Shown: piece after piece, positions 10,631-20,529 of the stretch
Layout of the letters: the number at the start of each line of letters is the position of its first letter
How positions within the stretch are numbered: the stretch's first letter is position 1
Source of the DNA: Deferribacterales bacterium
Lineage (GTDB): Bacteria; Chrysiogenota; Deferribacteres; Deferribacterales; Geovibrionaceae
Reading direction: 5' to 3'
DNA length: 64,000 nt
NCBI GenBank assembly: GCA_050253075.1
Contig: JBFWJS010000004.1
Location: 96,001-160,000, forward strand
Notes under the pieces: generated by a model
What the model was told of the DNA's origin: nothing
Seen by the model: the letters and a program-made list of their open reading frames with translations, nothing else
Database searches by the model: none
Program-made: the position numbers and the translations under genes

Positions 10631-11397
10631 CATTCACCGTAATCATCCCCGTTTTTAACCGCACATCAACACTTAAAACAGCGATAGAATCTGTCCTCTG
10701 CCAGAAGACCTTCATGCGGTACGAGATAATCGTAGTGGACGACGGCTCGGACGAATCCGTCATGCAGGCTCTGCGCCCGTATTTCAGCCGTATACGCTAT
10801 ATCCGTGTGGCAAAGAACAGAGGCGTCAGCGCAGCACGAAACCTCGCAATACAAAAATCAAAGGGCGACTTCATCGCCTTTCTAGATTCCGATGATATAT
10901 GGCTCCCGGATAAGCTCCAGTCCCAGTACCGAACCATGAAGAATGAAAAGACGGCAGTCTGCCATACGAACGAGTTCTGGTACCGCAAAGACAGGTTTGT
11001 AAATCAGGGTAAAAAGCACGAAAGATACGGCGGGGACATCTTCGACAAGATTCTCGATTTTTGCCGTATCAGCCCTTCGTCCGTGATGATACGCAGGGAT
11101 GTCTTCTACGAGTGCGGATTCTTCGACGAAAACATGCGTGTCTGCGAAGACTACGACCTCTGGCTGAGGATATGCTCAAAGTATAAGGTGAGCTACATAC
11201 CAGAGAAACTGATCATAAAACGGGCAGTAACAGACGACCAGCTATCTGATACTATTCAAAATATCGAATATATACGCCTCGTTTCACTCGCCAGATTCGT
11301 CAGATGCAAAGTTTTATCTCCTTCGCAAAAGCTGAGCGCAGTTAAAGAGATAGCCAGAAAGTACGATATTATTAAGGGCGCCGTCGATAATTTTTGA
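10627..11397 (+). CDS. Glycosyltransferase family 2
   Basis: VIIPVFN, VDDGS, FLDSDD, EDYDLW. Confidence 0.92.
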   Translation: MTFTVIIPVFNRTSTLKTAIESVLCQKTFMRYEIIVVDDGSDESVMQALRPYFSRIRYIRVAKNRGVSAARNLAIQKSKGDFIAFLDSDDIWLPDKLQSQYRTMKNEKTAVCHTNEFWYRKDRFVNQGKKHERYGGDIFDKILDFCRISPSSVMIRRDVFYECGFFDENMRVCEDYDLWLRICSKYKVSYIPEKLIIKRAVTDDQLSDTIQNIEYIRLVSLARFVRCKVLSPSQKLSAVKEIARKYDIIKGAVDNF

Positions 11398-11408
11398 TCT
11401 TAAGGCAC

Positions 11409-11436
11409 TTGATTTTGAACCATCTTCATGTAAGAT
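11409..11436 (+). promoter_or_regulatory. Putative sigma70 promoter
   Basis: TTGATT-16bp-TAAGAT. Confidence 0.4.
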
Positions 11437-11463
11437 GCGTCTGATAAAGAACTAGGATAAAAC

Positions 11464-13242
11464 ATGAAACGATTATTTATATATATATTGATAACAGCGG
11501 CTTTGGCCGCATGCCAGTCTCAGATAACAGGTCCGGAAGCGCCGATGAAAGGCGAGGCTGATCTGCAGGATACATTCAGATTCTCCAAATACGAACACCC
11601 CGAATTCCGTAAACAGATAGACGAAAGTCTCAGCATATATACAGTGGTGAAGAAGGACCACGAATTCCACTTCGGCCCGCACGATACAGAATACGGCAAG
11701 TATGACGTTATCCCGCTCGTGGAGAACAGCAGATTCGACTATTACGTCAGGCTCTTCACAGGAAACTACCGCAATGTTTTCCAGAAATGGCTCGACAGAT
11801 CAAACGAATATATATACATCGTCCGTGACATCCTCCGCCGTGAGGGCGTTCCGGAGGAGCTTGTCTACCTCCCGTTTACCGAGAGCGGGTTCAACCCTGC
11901 GATAACATCCCATGCAGGCGCAGCAGGCATGTGGCAGTTCATGAAAGGCACGGGGAAGATATACGGGCTGGATGTCAACTTCTGGGTTGATGAAAGGAAC
12001 GACTTTGAAAAATCCACGGTAGCGGCAGCACGCCACCTGCGTGACCTGTATGACAGGCTCGGAGACTGGTATCTCGCCATGGCCGCCTATAACGCAGGTC
12101 TGGGCAAGGTTCTGAACGCTATCAAAAGATACAACACACGGGACTTCTTCGTGATGAGTCAGCGTAAATACAGATATCTGAAGCTGGAAACAAAGGACTA
12201 TGTGCCGAAATATCTCGCCCTCAGATACCTTGTGAGAAACTATCAGGAATACGGCTTTGAGACACCGAGCGGTCAGCCGCAGCTTTTCGAAAGGGTGACG
12301 CTGTACCGTCAGGCAAACCTTTATGTGATAGCCAGCCTTATCGGAGTGGACATAGAATCTCTCCGTGAGATGAACCCAGAGCTGATGACGCCTATGACAC
12401 CGCCTGTGGAGGAATACTCCCTGCGCATCCCATACGGAAAGAAACAGCAGCTCGAGGAAGAGCTCGAACACATCACAGATGAAGAGCTCTCACAGTTCCA
12501 CATAGAATTCGCCCGCAAAGGCCAGAGCGTATCCACATACGCAAAGAAATACGGCATGACATCCAACGAGCTTAAGAATATAAACGGGCTCCGTCATAAC
12601 AACATACTGAGAGATACTTACCTCTTTATCCCGATACAGGGCGTGTACGACAACGAACTGAACTCTATGTTCGTACAGGAGCTGAAAAGATATAACCCGA
12701 AAGTGCACACTGTCAGAAGCGGCGACAACATGTATGCCATCGCACATAAATACGGCATGTCGCTCTATGAGCTTATGTCTCTGAACCGTGACGTAAACCC
12801 GAACAGGATACGCCCGGGGCAGACCATCATAGTCTCCGACTCTTACTATAACTCCAGAGCCAGCAGAAAGGCTCCGACCAGAAAATATGCAGCAAAAGCA
12901 GAAAGCAGAAGCTCATACAAAGAAATCAGCCACAAGGTGCGCAGCGGTGAGAGCCTCTGGAGCATAGCAAACAAATACGGCACTACCATATCACAGATAA
13001 AACAGTCCAACGGTCTGAGAAACAGCAATATCCAGATCGGCAAATGGCTGAAAGTACGCAACTATAAAGCAGCGTCATCATCAACATCTGCATCCTCGGG
13101 CAACGGTAAATACACCGTGCGCAACGGCGACAGCCTCTGGGCTATAGCACAGAAGTTCGGCACCAGCGTCAACAGGATAAAGCAGAAGAACAACCTGCGT
13201 GGAAACAACATCCACCCCGGCTCTGTGCTCGTCATAGATTAG
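11464..13242 (+). CDS. mltD: MltD-like lytic transglycosylase lipoprotein with LysM repeats
   Basis: Lipobox LAAC; TESGF, GMWQFM, AAYNAG SLT motifs; several LysM repeats. Confidence 0.9.
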   Translation: MKRLFIYILITAALAACQSQITGPEAPMKGEADLQDTFRFSKYEHPEFRKQIDESLSIYTVVKKDHEFHFGPHDTEYGKYDVIPLVENSRFDYYVRLFTGNYRNVFQKWLDRSNEYIYIVRDILRREGVPEELVYLPFTESGFNPAITSHAGAAGMWQFMKGTGKIYGLDVNFWVDERNDFEKSTVAAARHLRDLYDRLGDWYLAMAAYNAGLGKVLNAIKRYNTRDFFVMSQRKYRYLKLETKDYVPKYLALRYLVRNYQEYGFETPSGQPQLFERVTLYRQANLYVIASLIGVDIESLREMNPELMTPMTPPVEEYSLRIPYGKKQQLEEELEHITDEELSQFHIEFARKGQSVSTYAKKYGMTSNELKNINGLRHNNILRDTYLFIPIQGVYDNELNSMFVQELKRYNPKVHTVRSGDNMYAIAHKYGMSLYELMSLNRDVNPNRIRPGQTIIVSDSYYNSRASRKAPTRKYAAKAESRSSYKEISHKVRSGESLWSIANKYGTTISQIKQSNGLRNSNIQIGKWLKVRNYKAASSSTSASSGNGKYTVRNGDSLWAIAQKFGTSVNRIKQKNNLRGNNIHPGSVLVID

Positions 13243-13332
13243 TATCCAAACAAATATTGAACTACTTGTGTTAAATAAGTATCATAGCTAATATAATAGT
13301 TTAGCGCCGCTTGACGTAAAGGGGATACGAAA

Positions 13333-14289
13333 TTGGACAACAAACTGATAGAATTGGCAAAACACGTGTTTGAGCTCGAGGCGAAAGCAGTCTCTGCTCT
13401 TTCAGACAAAATAGACGAAACCTTCCTTAATGCTGTGGATAAGATATACGGACTCTCGGGCAGACTCGTGGTCTGCGGAATGGGTAAATCCGGCCACATA
13501 GGCAAAAAGATCGCAGCAACACTCGCCAGCACGGGCACACCCAGCTTTTTCATGCACCCCAGCGAAGCCTACCACGGCGACCTCGGCATGCTGACAGAGT
13601 ATGACATGATAATGCTGATATCCAACTCGGGCGAGACAGAAGAGATATTAAAACTTATCCCCACACTGAAACTGAGAAAGATCCCCATCGTATCTATAAC
13701 AAGCAAAGCGGACTCCACCCTCAGCAGGATGAGCGATTATAACCTAGACATAGGATTTCAGGACGAGGCCTGCCTGCTCGGGCTGGCACCGACCACATCG
13801 ACAACATCCACCCTTGCTATGGGCGATGCTCTCGCTGTCTGCCTCATGCAGAAGCGTGATTTCAAACCCGAGCACTTCGCAATGTTTCACCCCGGCGGAA
13901 GCCTCGGCAGGAAACTGCTCACAAAGGTCAGAGACATTATGGTGGATAAAAACCTGCCCGTCGTTTCCCCTGAAACGGCGTTCCCGCACCTGCTGCACAT
14001 CATCACAAAGTGCCGCATGGGCGTAGCCATCGTCATGGACGGAGAGGAACTCGCAGGTATCATCACAGACGGAGACCTTCGCCGTGCACTGCTGAAGGAT
14101 GAAAAGCCGAGGATAGATTTCAAAGCACGTGAGATAATGACCACATCGCCCGTCACCATAGACGCAGAAGAAAATGCGAGCTCTATCGAAGCACTTATGA
14201 TACAAAAGAAAATAAACGAACTGATCGTCACAGAAAACGGAAAAGTGGTCGGGCTCGTTCAGCTTTACGATATAGGTAATATCAGCTAA
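13333..14289 (+). CDS. kdsD: Arabinose-5-phosphate isomerase (KpsF/GutQ)
   Basis: GMGKSGHIG, HGDLG, HPGGSLG, CBS pair; next to kdsA. Confidence 0.93.
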   Translation: MDNKLIELAKHVFELEAKAVSALSDKIDETFLNAVDKIYGLSGRLVVCGMGKSGHIGKKIAATLASTGTPSFFMHPSEAYHGDLGMLTEYDMIMLISNSGETEEILKLIPTLKLRKIPIVSITSKADSTLSRMSDYNLDIGFQDEACLLGLAPTTSTTSTLAMGDALAVCLMQKRDFKPEHFAMFHPGGSLGRKLLTKVRDIMVDKNLPVVSPETAFPHLLHIITKCRMGVAIVMDGEELAGIITDGDLRRALLKDEKPRIDFKAREIMTTSPVTIDAEENASSIEALMIQKKINELIVTENGKVVGLVQLYDIGNIS

Positions 14290-14298
14290 GAGGTTTAT

Positions 14299-15069
14299 AT
14301 GCTTTATAATAAGATAAAATCCGGCATGTTCGTCATGGCGGGTCCATGCGTCATAGAGAACGAAGCAAACATCATGACCATCGCCGAAGAAGTTAAGAAG
14401 ATAAGCGAAGAGCTTAAATTCACATATATATTCAAATCATCATTCGACAAGGCAAACAGGACATCCATAGACTCCTACAGAGGCCCGGGACTGGACGAGG
14501 GGCTGAAACTCCTTCAGAAAGTAAAGGACACCTTCGAGCTGCCTGTCGTCACAGACATACACGAGCCTTATCAGGCTGCGGCTGCTGCCGAGGTTGCAGA
14601 TATTTTACAGATACCAGCGTTCCTCTGCAGACAGACTGACCTGCTGGTCGCCGCTGCTAAAACAGGCAAGATCATCAATATCAAAAAGGCGCAGTTCCTC
14701 GACGGAAGCGACATGAAATACCCTGCACAGAAAGTTGCCGAGAGCGGTAACGAGCAGATCATCCTCACAGAAAGAGGCTCTATGTTCGGCCCGGGCAGAC
14801 TTGTAGTGGATTTCACCCAGATAGTCGATATGAAGAAGCTCGGCTACCCTGTCGTAATGGACGTCACACACTCTACACAACGCCCCGGAGGCGGTGCGAC
14901 ATCAGGCGGTAAACCTGAGTATGCTCCTTATATAGCAAAGGCTGCAAAGGCTGTCGGCGTGGACGGATTCTTCTTTGAAGTACACCCAAACCCTGCCGAG
15001 GCACTCTCCGACGGCAGTAATATGGTGAGACTCTCCGAATTTAAAGAACTGCTTTCAAATACGCTTTAA
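14299..15069 (+). CDS. kdsA: KDO 8-phosphate synthase
   Basis: AGPCVIE, DKANRTS, IPAFLCRQTDL. Confidence 0.96.
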   Translation: MLYNKIKSGMFVMAGPCVIENEANIMTIAEEVKKISEELKFTYIFKSSFDKANRTSIDSYRGPGLDEGLKLLQKVKDTFELPVVTDIHEPYQAAAAAEVADILQIPAFLCRQTDLLVAAAKTGKIINIKKAQFLDGSDMKYPAQKVAESGNEQIILTERGSMFGPGRLVVDFTQIVDMKKLGYPVVMDVTHSTQRPGGGATSGGKPEYAPYIAKAAKAVGVDGFFFEVHPNPAEALSDGSNMVRLSEFKELLSNTL

Positions 15070-15074
15070 CAGGA

Positions 15075-15848
15075 TTATTTCGAACGTGAGATGATTGCGT
15101 ATGCGCTGTGGTTGTGGATGCTCTCCATATTTTCACTGGAGACCTCAAACCATGTGACACGGTCGTGGTTCATCAGCTTTCCCGCTGCGTTTCTCACGAC
15201 ATCTTCTACAAAAGCGGGGTTTTCATAAGACTGCTCGGTGACAAACTTTTCGTCCTCACGTTTGAGCAGAGGGTAAATAGGCGAGCTTGCGCAGGATTCC
15301 GCCAGCTCGATGAGCTCTTCTATCCATATCATCTTTTTCATACGCACACTTATGGAGACATAGCTTCTCTGATTATGAGCACCGTATGAGCTGATCTCCT
15401 TCGAACAAGGGCAAAGAGTCATCACAGGCACCTTTACGGTGAGAATCTGGTCGTGCTTCCCGTGCATATCGGAGGAGCCGAAGTACTGGCACTGATAGTC
15501 CATCACGGCTTCCTGCCCTGTGACGGGCGCCTTCTTTTTCATGAAATAGTCAAAGCTGAGCTCGATGAACGCCTCTTCACTGTCTAGGGTTTCCTTCATT
15601 TCTTTCAGGATGTCGCCTATGGTGCTGAGGTTGATATCTGATGAACGTCTGCTGAGTATCTCAACAAATCGGGACATATGTGTGCCTTTGAAATTATGAG
15701 GCAGTTTCACATACATGTTGATAAGGGCGACCGTGTGCTGGCTGCCCCTCTCTTTATCAGAAAGCACGATGGGATACTTGATATCCTTTATCCCCACCTT
15801 ATCTATATCAAGATTACGCGGGTCGTGCTGGCTCTGTATATCTTTCAA
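15075..15848 (-). CDS. folE2: GTP cyclohydrolase I type B
   Basis: KGTHMSRF, CPCSK, HNQR, ESIHNH. Confidence 0.95.
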   Translation of the reverse strand: MKDIQSQHDPRNLDIDKVGIKDIKYPIVLSDKERGSQHTVALINMYVKLPHNFKGTHMSRFVEILSRRSSDINLSTIGDILKEMKETLDSEEAFIELSFDYFMKKKAPVTGQEAVMDYQCQYFGSSDMHGKHDQILTVKVPVMTLCPCSKEISSYGAHNQRSYVSISVRMKKMIWIEELIELAESCASSPIYPLLKREDEKFVTEQSYENPAFVEDVVRNAAGKLMNHDRVTWFEVSSENMESIHNHSAYAIISRSK

Positions 15849-15850
15849 TA

Positions 15851-16573
15851 TTATCTTCTCTTCATGCGCTGGTTCATGAGGAACTGCTGATACTGCTGTC
15901 CGCCCTGAGGGTTTTTACCGCCGAGGTGCATCTGAAGCCAGTAGTTGCCGTAGTTCTGCATTTTCAGCTTTTTGCCGTTTTTCACAGCGTCGAGGTTAGA
16001 GCTGAGTCTTTCGTCGATAGGGTTCTTCTCCACACCCTTAGTGAGCACTTCCATAGCTTTCTCTTTCTCGCCCTTTTCCATGAGGAACCAAGCGTAAAGA
16101 GCATACATGAATGTCTCTTTCGGAGCGCCTTTGATACCCTTATCCATGACTTTCTTCACTTTGTCCATATCGCCTTTTTTATAATGTGCGGCTGCTCTCA
16201 TGGACATTGCCATCCAGTTTTTGGAGAAAGCGTTCTCGAGGTAAGGCTCTGCCTTGTCGAAGTCCTTCGCTGTGTAGTAAAGGATACCGATCTGAGAATC
16301 TATCTGCTCTTTCACCATGAACTGCCATTTTGCATATGTGTATCCGCTCTTCAGCTTTTCCACTGCCTTTTCGACACGTCCGCCCTGAATATCTTTCTCA
16401 ATGGATCTGAAAAGTCCTTCGAGCTTTTTAACGACTTTTCTACCGATATAAAAATTGAGACCGAGGATACCGACCACCATAATGAAAAGCGGCCAGAATA
16501 TCTGATAAGTAAGGAAATAAAGACCAAGTGCCGCGGCTGTTGATATCGCCACTGAAATAAGAAGAGTGTACAT
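15851..16573 (-). CDS. Membrane-anchored TPR-like hypothetical protein
   Basis: Two N-terminal TM segments then helical repeat pattern. Confidence 0.75.
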   Translation of the reverse strand: MYTLLISVAISTAAALGLYFLTYQIFWPLFIMVVGILGLNFYIGRKVVKKLEGLFRSIEKDIQGGRVEKAVEKLKSGYTYAKWQFMVKEQIDSQIGILYYTAKDFDKAEPYLENAFSKNWMAMSMRAAAHYKKGDMDKVKKVMDKGIKGAPKETFMYALYAWFLMEKGEKEKAMEVLTKGVEKNPIDERLSSNLDAVKNGKKLKMQNYGNYWLQMHLGGKNPQGGQQYQQFLMNQRMKRR

Positions 16574-16676
16574 CTATGTTTCTCCTGAAAGTTTTCAAAA
16601 TCTGGTTTGGAGGCAAGATTATATCATTCGCTCATATTTTTTCAAGAAATTACTTTTACGGGTGACATCATTTAAA

Positions 16677-16750
16677 GTCATTCTGAACGAACAGTGTGAG
16701 TGAAAAATCCGTGTAAGAGATATCCGGATACTTATGCAGACATCAGGATA
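16677..16750. repeat. Intergenic GTCATTCTGA repeat, degenerate
   Basis: GTCATTCTGAAC...GTGAAAAATC...TCAGGATA. Confidence 0.55.
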
Positions 16751-16759
16751 AATGAAAGA

Positions 16760-17095
16760 TCAGCAGAAAGCGTTTGTAATATGCGTTATTTCGTCGCCGT
16801 CGATGGAGACAACATCAAACTGTGCCGGACATTCGCCCTTTTCTGCCATGTATGCCTCGGCGGTTTTTATCAGCTTTGTCTGCTTTGCCTGACCGACAGC
16901 CTCATACCCCATACCGAATCTGGCGGAGCTTCGTGCCTTTACCTCGATAAAGTGCGTCACGCCGTCCTTTTTGGCTATGATGTCTATCTCTCCGAACTTA
17001 GAGCGGTAGTTCAGCTCCACCACGTGATATCCGTTACGTTTGAGATATCTTGCGGCGGTCTTCTCCCCCTTTCTGCCGGCGAGGATATGCCTCAT
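16760..17095 (-). CDS. YraN-family (UPF0102) nuclease-like protein
   Basis: GEIDII, FIEVK, FDVV; follows rnhB. Confidence 0.92.
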   Translation of the reverse strand: MRHILAGRKGEKTAARYLKRNGYHVVELNYRSKFGEIDIIAKKDGVTHFIEVKARSSARFGMGYEAVGQAKQTKLIKTAEAYMAEKGECPAQFDVVSIDGDEITHITNAFC

Positions 17096-17646
17096 TTTAT
17101 AAAATTCCCGCAGAATGAGCGTCTGTGCAGAGGGGTCAGACCTATCTCTTTTATCTTTTCGATGTGAATCTTGGCTCCGTAGCCTTTGTTTGAGTACCAG
17201 TTATACTCGGGATAGTCTATGTGGTGCTTTGTCATCAGGGCATCACGATAGACCTTTGCGATAATGGAGGCCGCAGCCACACACTGAAACTTGTCCTCTG
17301 CCTTGAACGGGTTCTCCAGAGGCACTTTCACATTTTCCAGCTTTACAGCGTCCACGATTATCTTGTCGTAGGGCACTGTTATCTGCTCGAGGGCTATCAT
17401 CATAGCCTTCTTTGTGCTGGGCACAATGCCGAACTCGTCTATCTCTTCACTGCTGACGGCGCCTATGCCGAATGCGAGGGCATTGGCACGCACGACACCG
17501 TCCATGAGCTTGCGTTTCTTTTCGGATATCTTTTTCGAATCGACCAGACGGTCGTCTGAAAAATCAACGGGCAGAAGCACCGCAGCAGCCACGACAGGCC
17601 CCGCCAGACATCCTCTGCCTACCTCGTCTATCCCTACTATCAGCAT
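17092..17646 (-). CDS. rnhB: Ribonuclease HII
   Basis: GIDEVGRGCLAGPV, DSKK, AAASIIAKVYRD; start at ATG 17646 just after the hypB stop. Confidence 0.96.
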   Translation of the reverse strand: MLIVGIDEVGRGCLAGPVVAAAVLLPVDFSDDRLVDSKKISEKKRKLMDGVVRANALAFGIGAVSSEEIDEFGIVPSTKKAMMIALEQITVPYDKIIVDAVKLENVKVPLENPFKAEDKFQCVAAASIIAKVYRDALMTKHHIDYPEYNWYSNKGYGAKIHIEKIKEIGLTPLHRRSFCGNFIK

Positions 17647-17647
17647 C

Positions 17648-18304
17648 TTAGCCTTTTTTCGCCTTAATGCGTTTTTCGATGTAAGCCATGATGTCTTCGA
17701 GACCTTCCTTTGTCTTGCATGAAACTTTGAAAACATCGAGCCCTGCATTGATGCCTTTTGCGTAGTTTATGCATTTCTCAATGTCGAAATCCACGTAAGG
17801 GAGCAGGTCTGTTTTGTTAACGATGAAGGCTTCGCTGGCACGTATCATGACAGGATATTTGATAGGCTTGTCCTCACCCTCTGTGGTGGAAAGGACTGTT
17901 ATCTTTCCGTCTTCGCCGAGGTCAAATTCCGCAGGGCAAACGAGGTTTCCCACGTTTTCAACGATCACGAGGTCGTAGTCGTATCCGAGGGCGTTCATCC
18001 CTCTTTCGATATCGGCTGCCTCGAGATGGCATCCGTTCCCTGTGTTCACCTGAAAGGCTTTCACGCCTGTTGCCTCGATGCGGTCAGCGTCGTTTGTTGT
18101 CTGCTGGTCGCCTTCAATGACGGCTATTTTGTATTTATCTTTAAGTGTTACCAGTATATTTTCGAGTATCGTAGTCTTACCGCTGCCGGGGGAAGACATG
18201 ATGTTCAGTACACATATCCCTTTTTCTGCGAATATTTTACGCATTTCTGCGGCTTTCTGTTCGTTTTTGGTTAATATCTTCTTTTCGACTTCAACTTTCC
18301 CCAT
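17648..18304 (-). CDS. hypB: Hydrogenase nickel-insertion GTPase
   Basis: SSPGSGKTT, GCHL, ENVGNLVCPAEFDLGE, NKTD. Confidence 0.96.
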   Translation of the reverse strand: MGKVEVEKKILTKNEQKAAEMRKIFAEKGICVLNIMSSPGSGKTTILENILVTLKDKYKIAVIEGDQQTTNDADRIEATGVKAFQVNTGNGCHLEAADIERGMNALGYDYDLVIVENVGNLVCPAEFDLGEDGKITVLSTTEGEDKPIKYPVMIRASEAFIVNKTDLLPYVDFDIEKCINYAKGINAGLDVFKVSCKTKEGLEDIMAYIEKRIKAKKG

Positions 18305-18306
18305 GA

Positions 18307-18651
18307 TCAATCCACCTCTATTTCAGTAATGGTAAGCTCTTCCCCTGTGAGAAGTTTTACCTCGAAGGAGCCGCACTTGCTGCACGCAAAGAACATCTCC
18401 TCGTATGTATCTTCCGCTCCGCACTTCTGACATTTGCCCGTGATAGGCACGTCTTCGATGATCAGTTCGGACTCGGCTATTGTCGGGTATTCGTCCTTTA
18501 TAGCATCATAGGCGAAGAGGAGCGCATCTATCTCGACGGCTGCCAGACGGCCTATCTTTGCGAATACCTTATTTACTTTTTTTGAATTGTTTTCCTCGGC
18601 TGTGTTTAAAACTATCTCAATCAAACTTGCGGCTATGCTCGCTTCATGCAT
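18307..18651 (-). CDS. hypA: Hydrogenase nickel metallochaperone
   Basis: MHE N-terminus, two CxxC, GEEL. Confidence 0.94.
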   Translation of the reverse strand: MHEASIAASLIEIVLNTAEENNSKKVNKVFAKIGRLAAVEIDALLFAYDAIKDEYPTIAESELIIEDVPITGKCQKCGAEDTYEEMFFACSKCGSFEVKLLTGEELTITEIEVD

Positions 18652-18667
18652 TTTCACTCTCTCATTC

Positions 18668-18693
18668 AGATTCTTCGCTCCGCTCAGAATGAC
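18668..18693. repeat. Intergenic repeat, right half-copy
   Basis: AGATTCTTCGCTCCGCTCAGAATGAC. Confidence 0.7.
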
Positions 18694-18714
18694 ATCCTTT
18701 ACGAAGCAATTCGT

Positions 18715-19332
18715 CTATTTATTCTTTTCACCGTATCTGGTCAGCGTTATCAGCTCGTAAACCCTTTCCACGTCTGCTTTCAGGCTTTCTAGGTCACCGG
18801 AGTTGTCTATTACATAATGGGCAAATTTCAGCTTTTCGTCCAGAGGCATTTGCGCACGGATTATCTTCTGCGCCTCTTCCTCGGAGATGTTATCCCTCTC
18901 CATCACACGCCTGAGCTGTGTGGCAGGATCGGCGTAGACTACTATCAGCCTGTCGAAACGCTTGTGCGTGCCAGCTTCGATGGCGACTGCTGCCTGTGTT
19001 ATGATTATCGCCTTATCGTCCTGACCTTTTATCCGCCCCACTTCCTTACGCTCGTATTCACGTATGGCGGGCTGGACTATCTGCTCCAGCTTATGCCTCA
19101 TCTCGGGATTGTCGAAAACTATCTGTCGCAGTGCTTTCCTGTCGAGGGTCTTATCCTCTGCCAGCACTCCTTCGCCAAAGGTTTCGACTATCTTTTCATA
19201 TGCTGCTTCATTCGGCTGCATAACGATACGGCTGATGCTGTCCGCATCCAGAACGTAACACCCGAGCTCTTCGAAAAACTTTGCCGCCGTGCTCTTTCCG
19301 CTGGCGATATTACCTGTCAGACCTAAGTACAC
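18715..19332 (-). CDS. coaE: Dephospho-CoA kinase
   Basis: GLTGNIASGKST, DADSI, LDRKAL, IDNSG. Confidence 0.94.
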   Translation of the reverse strand: MYLGLTGNIASGKSTAAKFFEELGCYVLDADSISRIVMQPNEAAYEKIVETFGEGVLAEDKTLDRKALRQIVFDNPEMRHKLEQIVQPAIREYERKEVGRIKGQDDKAIIITQAAVAIEAGTHKRFDRLIVVYADPATQLRRVMERDNISEEEAQKIIRAQMPLDEKLKFAHYVIDNSGDLESLKADVERVYELITLTRYGEKNK

Positions 19333-19342
19333 AAATCACCGT

Positions 19343-19594
19343 TTAAACTTCGTATATCTTTCTATAGATTGCTATTTTCTGCTCATCTGTGAGAGTGCTC
19401 ACAAGGATGCACAGCTCGTCTGGCTGATACCCTTTGCACCCCCACGGGCGGGTTTCATATATGGTGCAGAGGTTTTCTTCTGAGAGGTATTTGCACCTCT
19501 CCCCCGCTTTTTTATCTATCTCTTTTATGTCGAATGCCGTACAGCACGTACCGCATAGCTGACATTCTATCTTTTTATCGCTCATAGGATACAC
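19343..19594 (-). CDS. YkgJ-family cysteine-cluster protein
   Basis: CQLCGTCC...CKYL...CTIYETRPWGC. Confidence 0.85.
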   Translation of the reverse strand: MYPMSDKKIECQLCGTCCTAFDIKEIDKKAGERCKYLSEENLCTIYETRPWGCKGYQPDELCILVSTLTDEQKIAIYRKIYEV

Positions 19595-19596
19595 AT

Positions 19597-19648
19597 GTCA
19601 TACTGAGGCTTTCCGTATGCTCAGATTCTTCACTTTGTTCGGAATGAC
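19597..19648. repeat. Intergenic GTCAT...ATGAC repeat
   Basis: GTCATACTGAG...AGATTCTTCACTTTGTTCGGAATGAC. Confidence 0.65.
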
Positions 19649-20412
19649 TAATTTTCGTCATTGACTATTTTATTCGTCAGCCTGCCGATGCCGTCTATCT
19701 CTACCTCGACAATATCGCCTGCGTCCACTCTGCCCACTCCGGCTGGTGTCCCCGTGGCGATGACATCACCGGGGAGGAGAGTCATTATACCGCTCATAAA
19801 CTCGATGATGGTGGGTATGTCGAATATCATGAGGTCTGTTGTGCCGTCCTGCACGACCTCGCCGTTCTTATATGTTTTCACCCTTGCATTGCGCCAGTCG
19901 AAGTCTGTCTCGATGAACGGTCCGATGGGTGCGAATGAGTCGAATGACTTCGCACGGGTGAACTTAGTATCTATCTTCTGCAGGTCTCTCGCCGTGTAGT
20001 CGTTCATGCATGTGAATCCGAAGATGACGCTTTCGGCATCCTCACGCTTCACTTTTCTGCATTTTTTACCTATCACGATGGCGAGCTCCCCTTCATAGTC
20101 CACCTGCTCTGATTCGGCGGGGATGACGACATACGCCCCGTGAGAATTCACAGCAGTGGAAGGCTTGAGGAATATCATAGGTATCTCGGGCACGTCGTTG
20201 CCGAGCTCTTTTGCATGGGCTACATAGTTTCTCGCTATGCATGGGAACTTGGAAGGGAGCACAGGGGGGAGAAACTCAACGCTGTCCACATCATGCTCTT
20301 TATCCGTTATGACATAGTCGTCAAACATCGAGCCTTCGATCTCTTTTATCTTTCCGTCTACTAAGACACCTTTCTTCTCTACTTTTCCTTCTTTGAATCT
20401 GCAAAATTTCAT
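19648..20412 (-). CDS. Fumarylacetoacetate hydrolase family protein
   Basis: RNYVAH, FLKP, DYEGEL, NDYTARD, GDVIATGTP; start at ATG 20412. Confidence 0.92.
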   Translation of the reverse strand: MKFCRFKEGKVEKKGVLVDGKIKEIEGSMFDDYVITDKEHDVDSVEFLPPVLPSKFPCIARNYVAHAKELGNDVPEIPMIFLKPSTAVNSHGAYVVIPAESEQVDYEGELAIVIGKKCRKVKREDAESVIFGFTCMNDYTARDLQKIDTKFTRAKSFDSFAPIGPFIETDFDWRNARVKTYKNGEVVQDGTTDLMIFDIPTIIEFMSGIMTLLPGDVIATGTPAGVGRVDAGDIVEVEIDGIGRLTNKIVNDEN

Positions 20413-20427
20413 AAGTATCTCCGAAAA

Positions 20428-20520
20428 GTCATTACGAACGGAGCGAAACACTCTTCCTTTTCAGAACATTATAGATTCGGAAGACTGCCGCATCGGACAC
20501 GAAGCCCTCCTCGCAGTGAC
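20428..20520. repeat. Intergenic GTCATT...GCAGTGAC repeat
   Basis: GTCATTACGAACGGAGCG...CTCCTCGCAGTGAC. Confidence 0.6.
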
Positions 20521-20529
20521 ATGATAAGT

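Noticed and set aside
17648..18651. hypAB as evidence of a hydrogenase locus here
   Set aside because: No structural hydrogenase genes in the window; dispersed maturation genes are common
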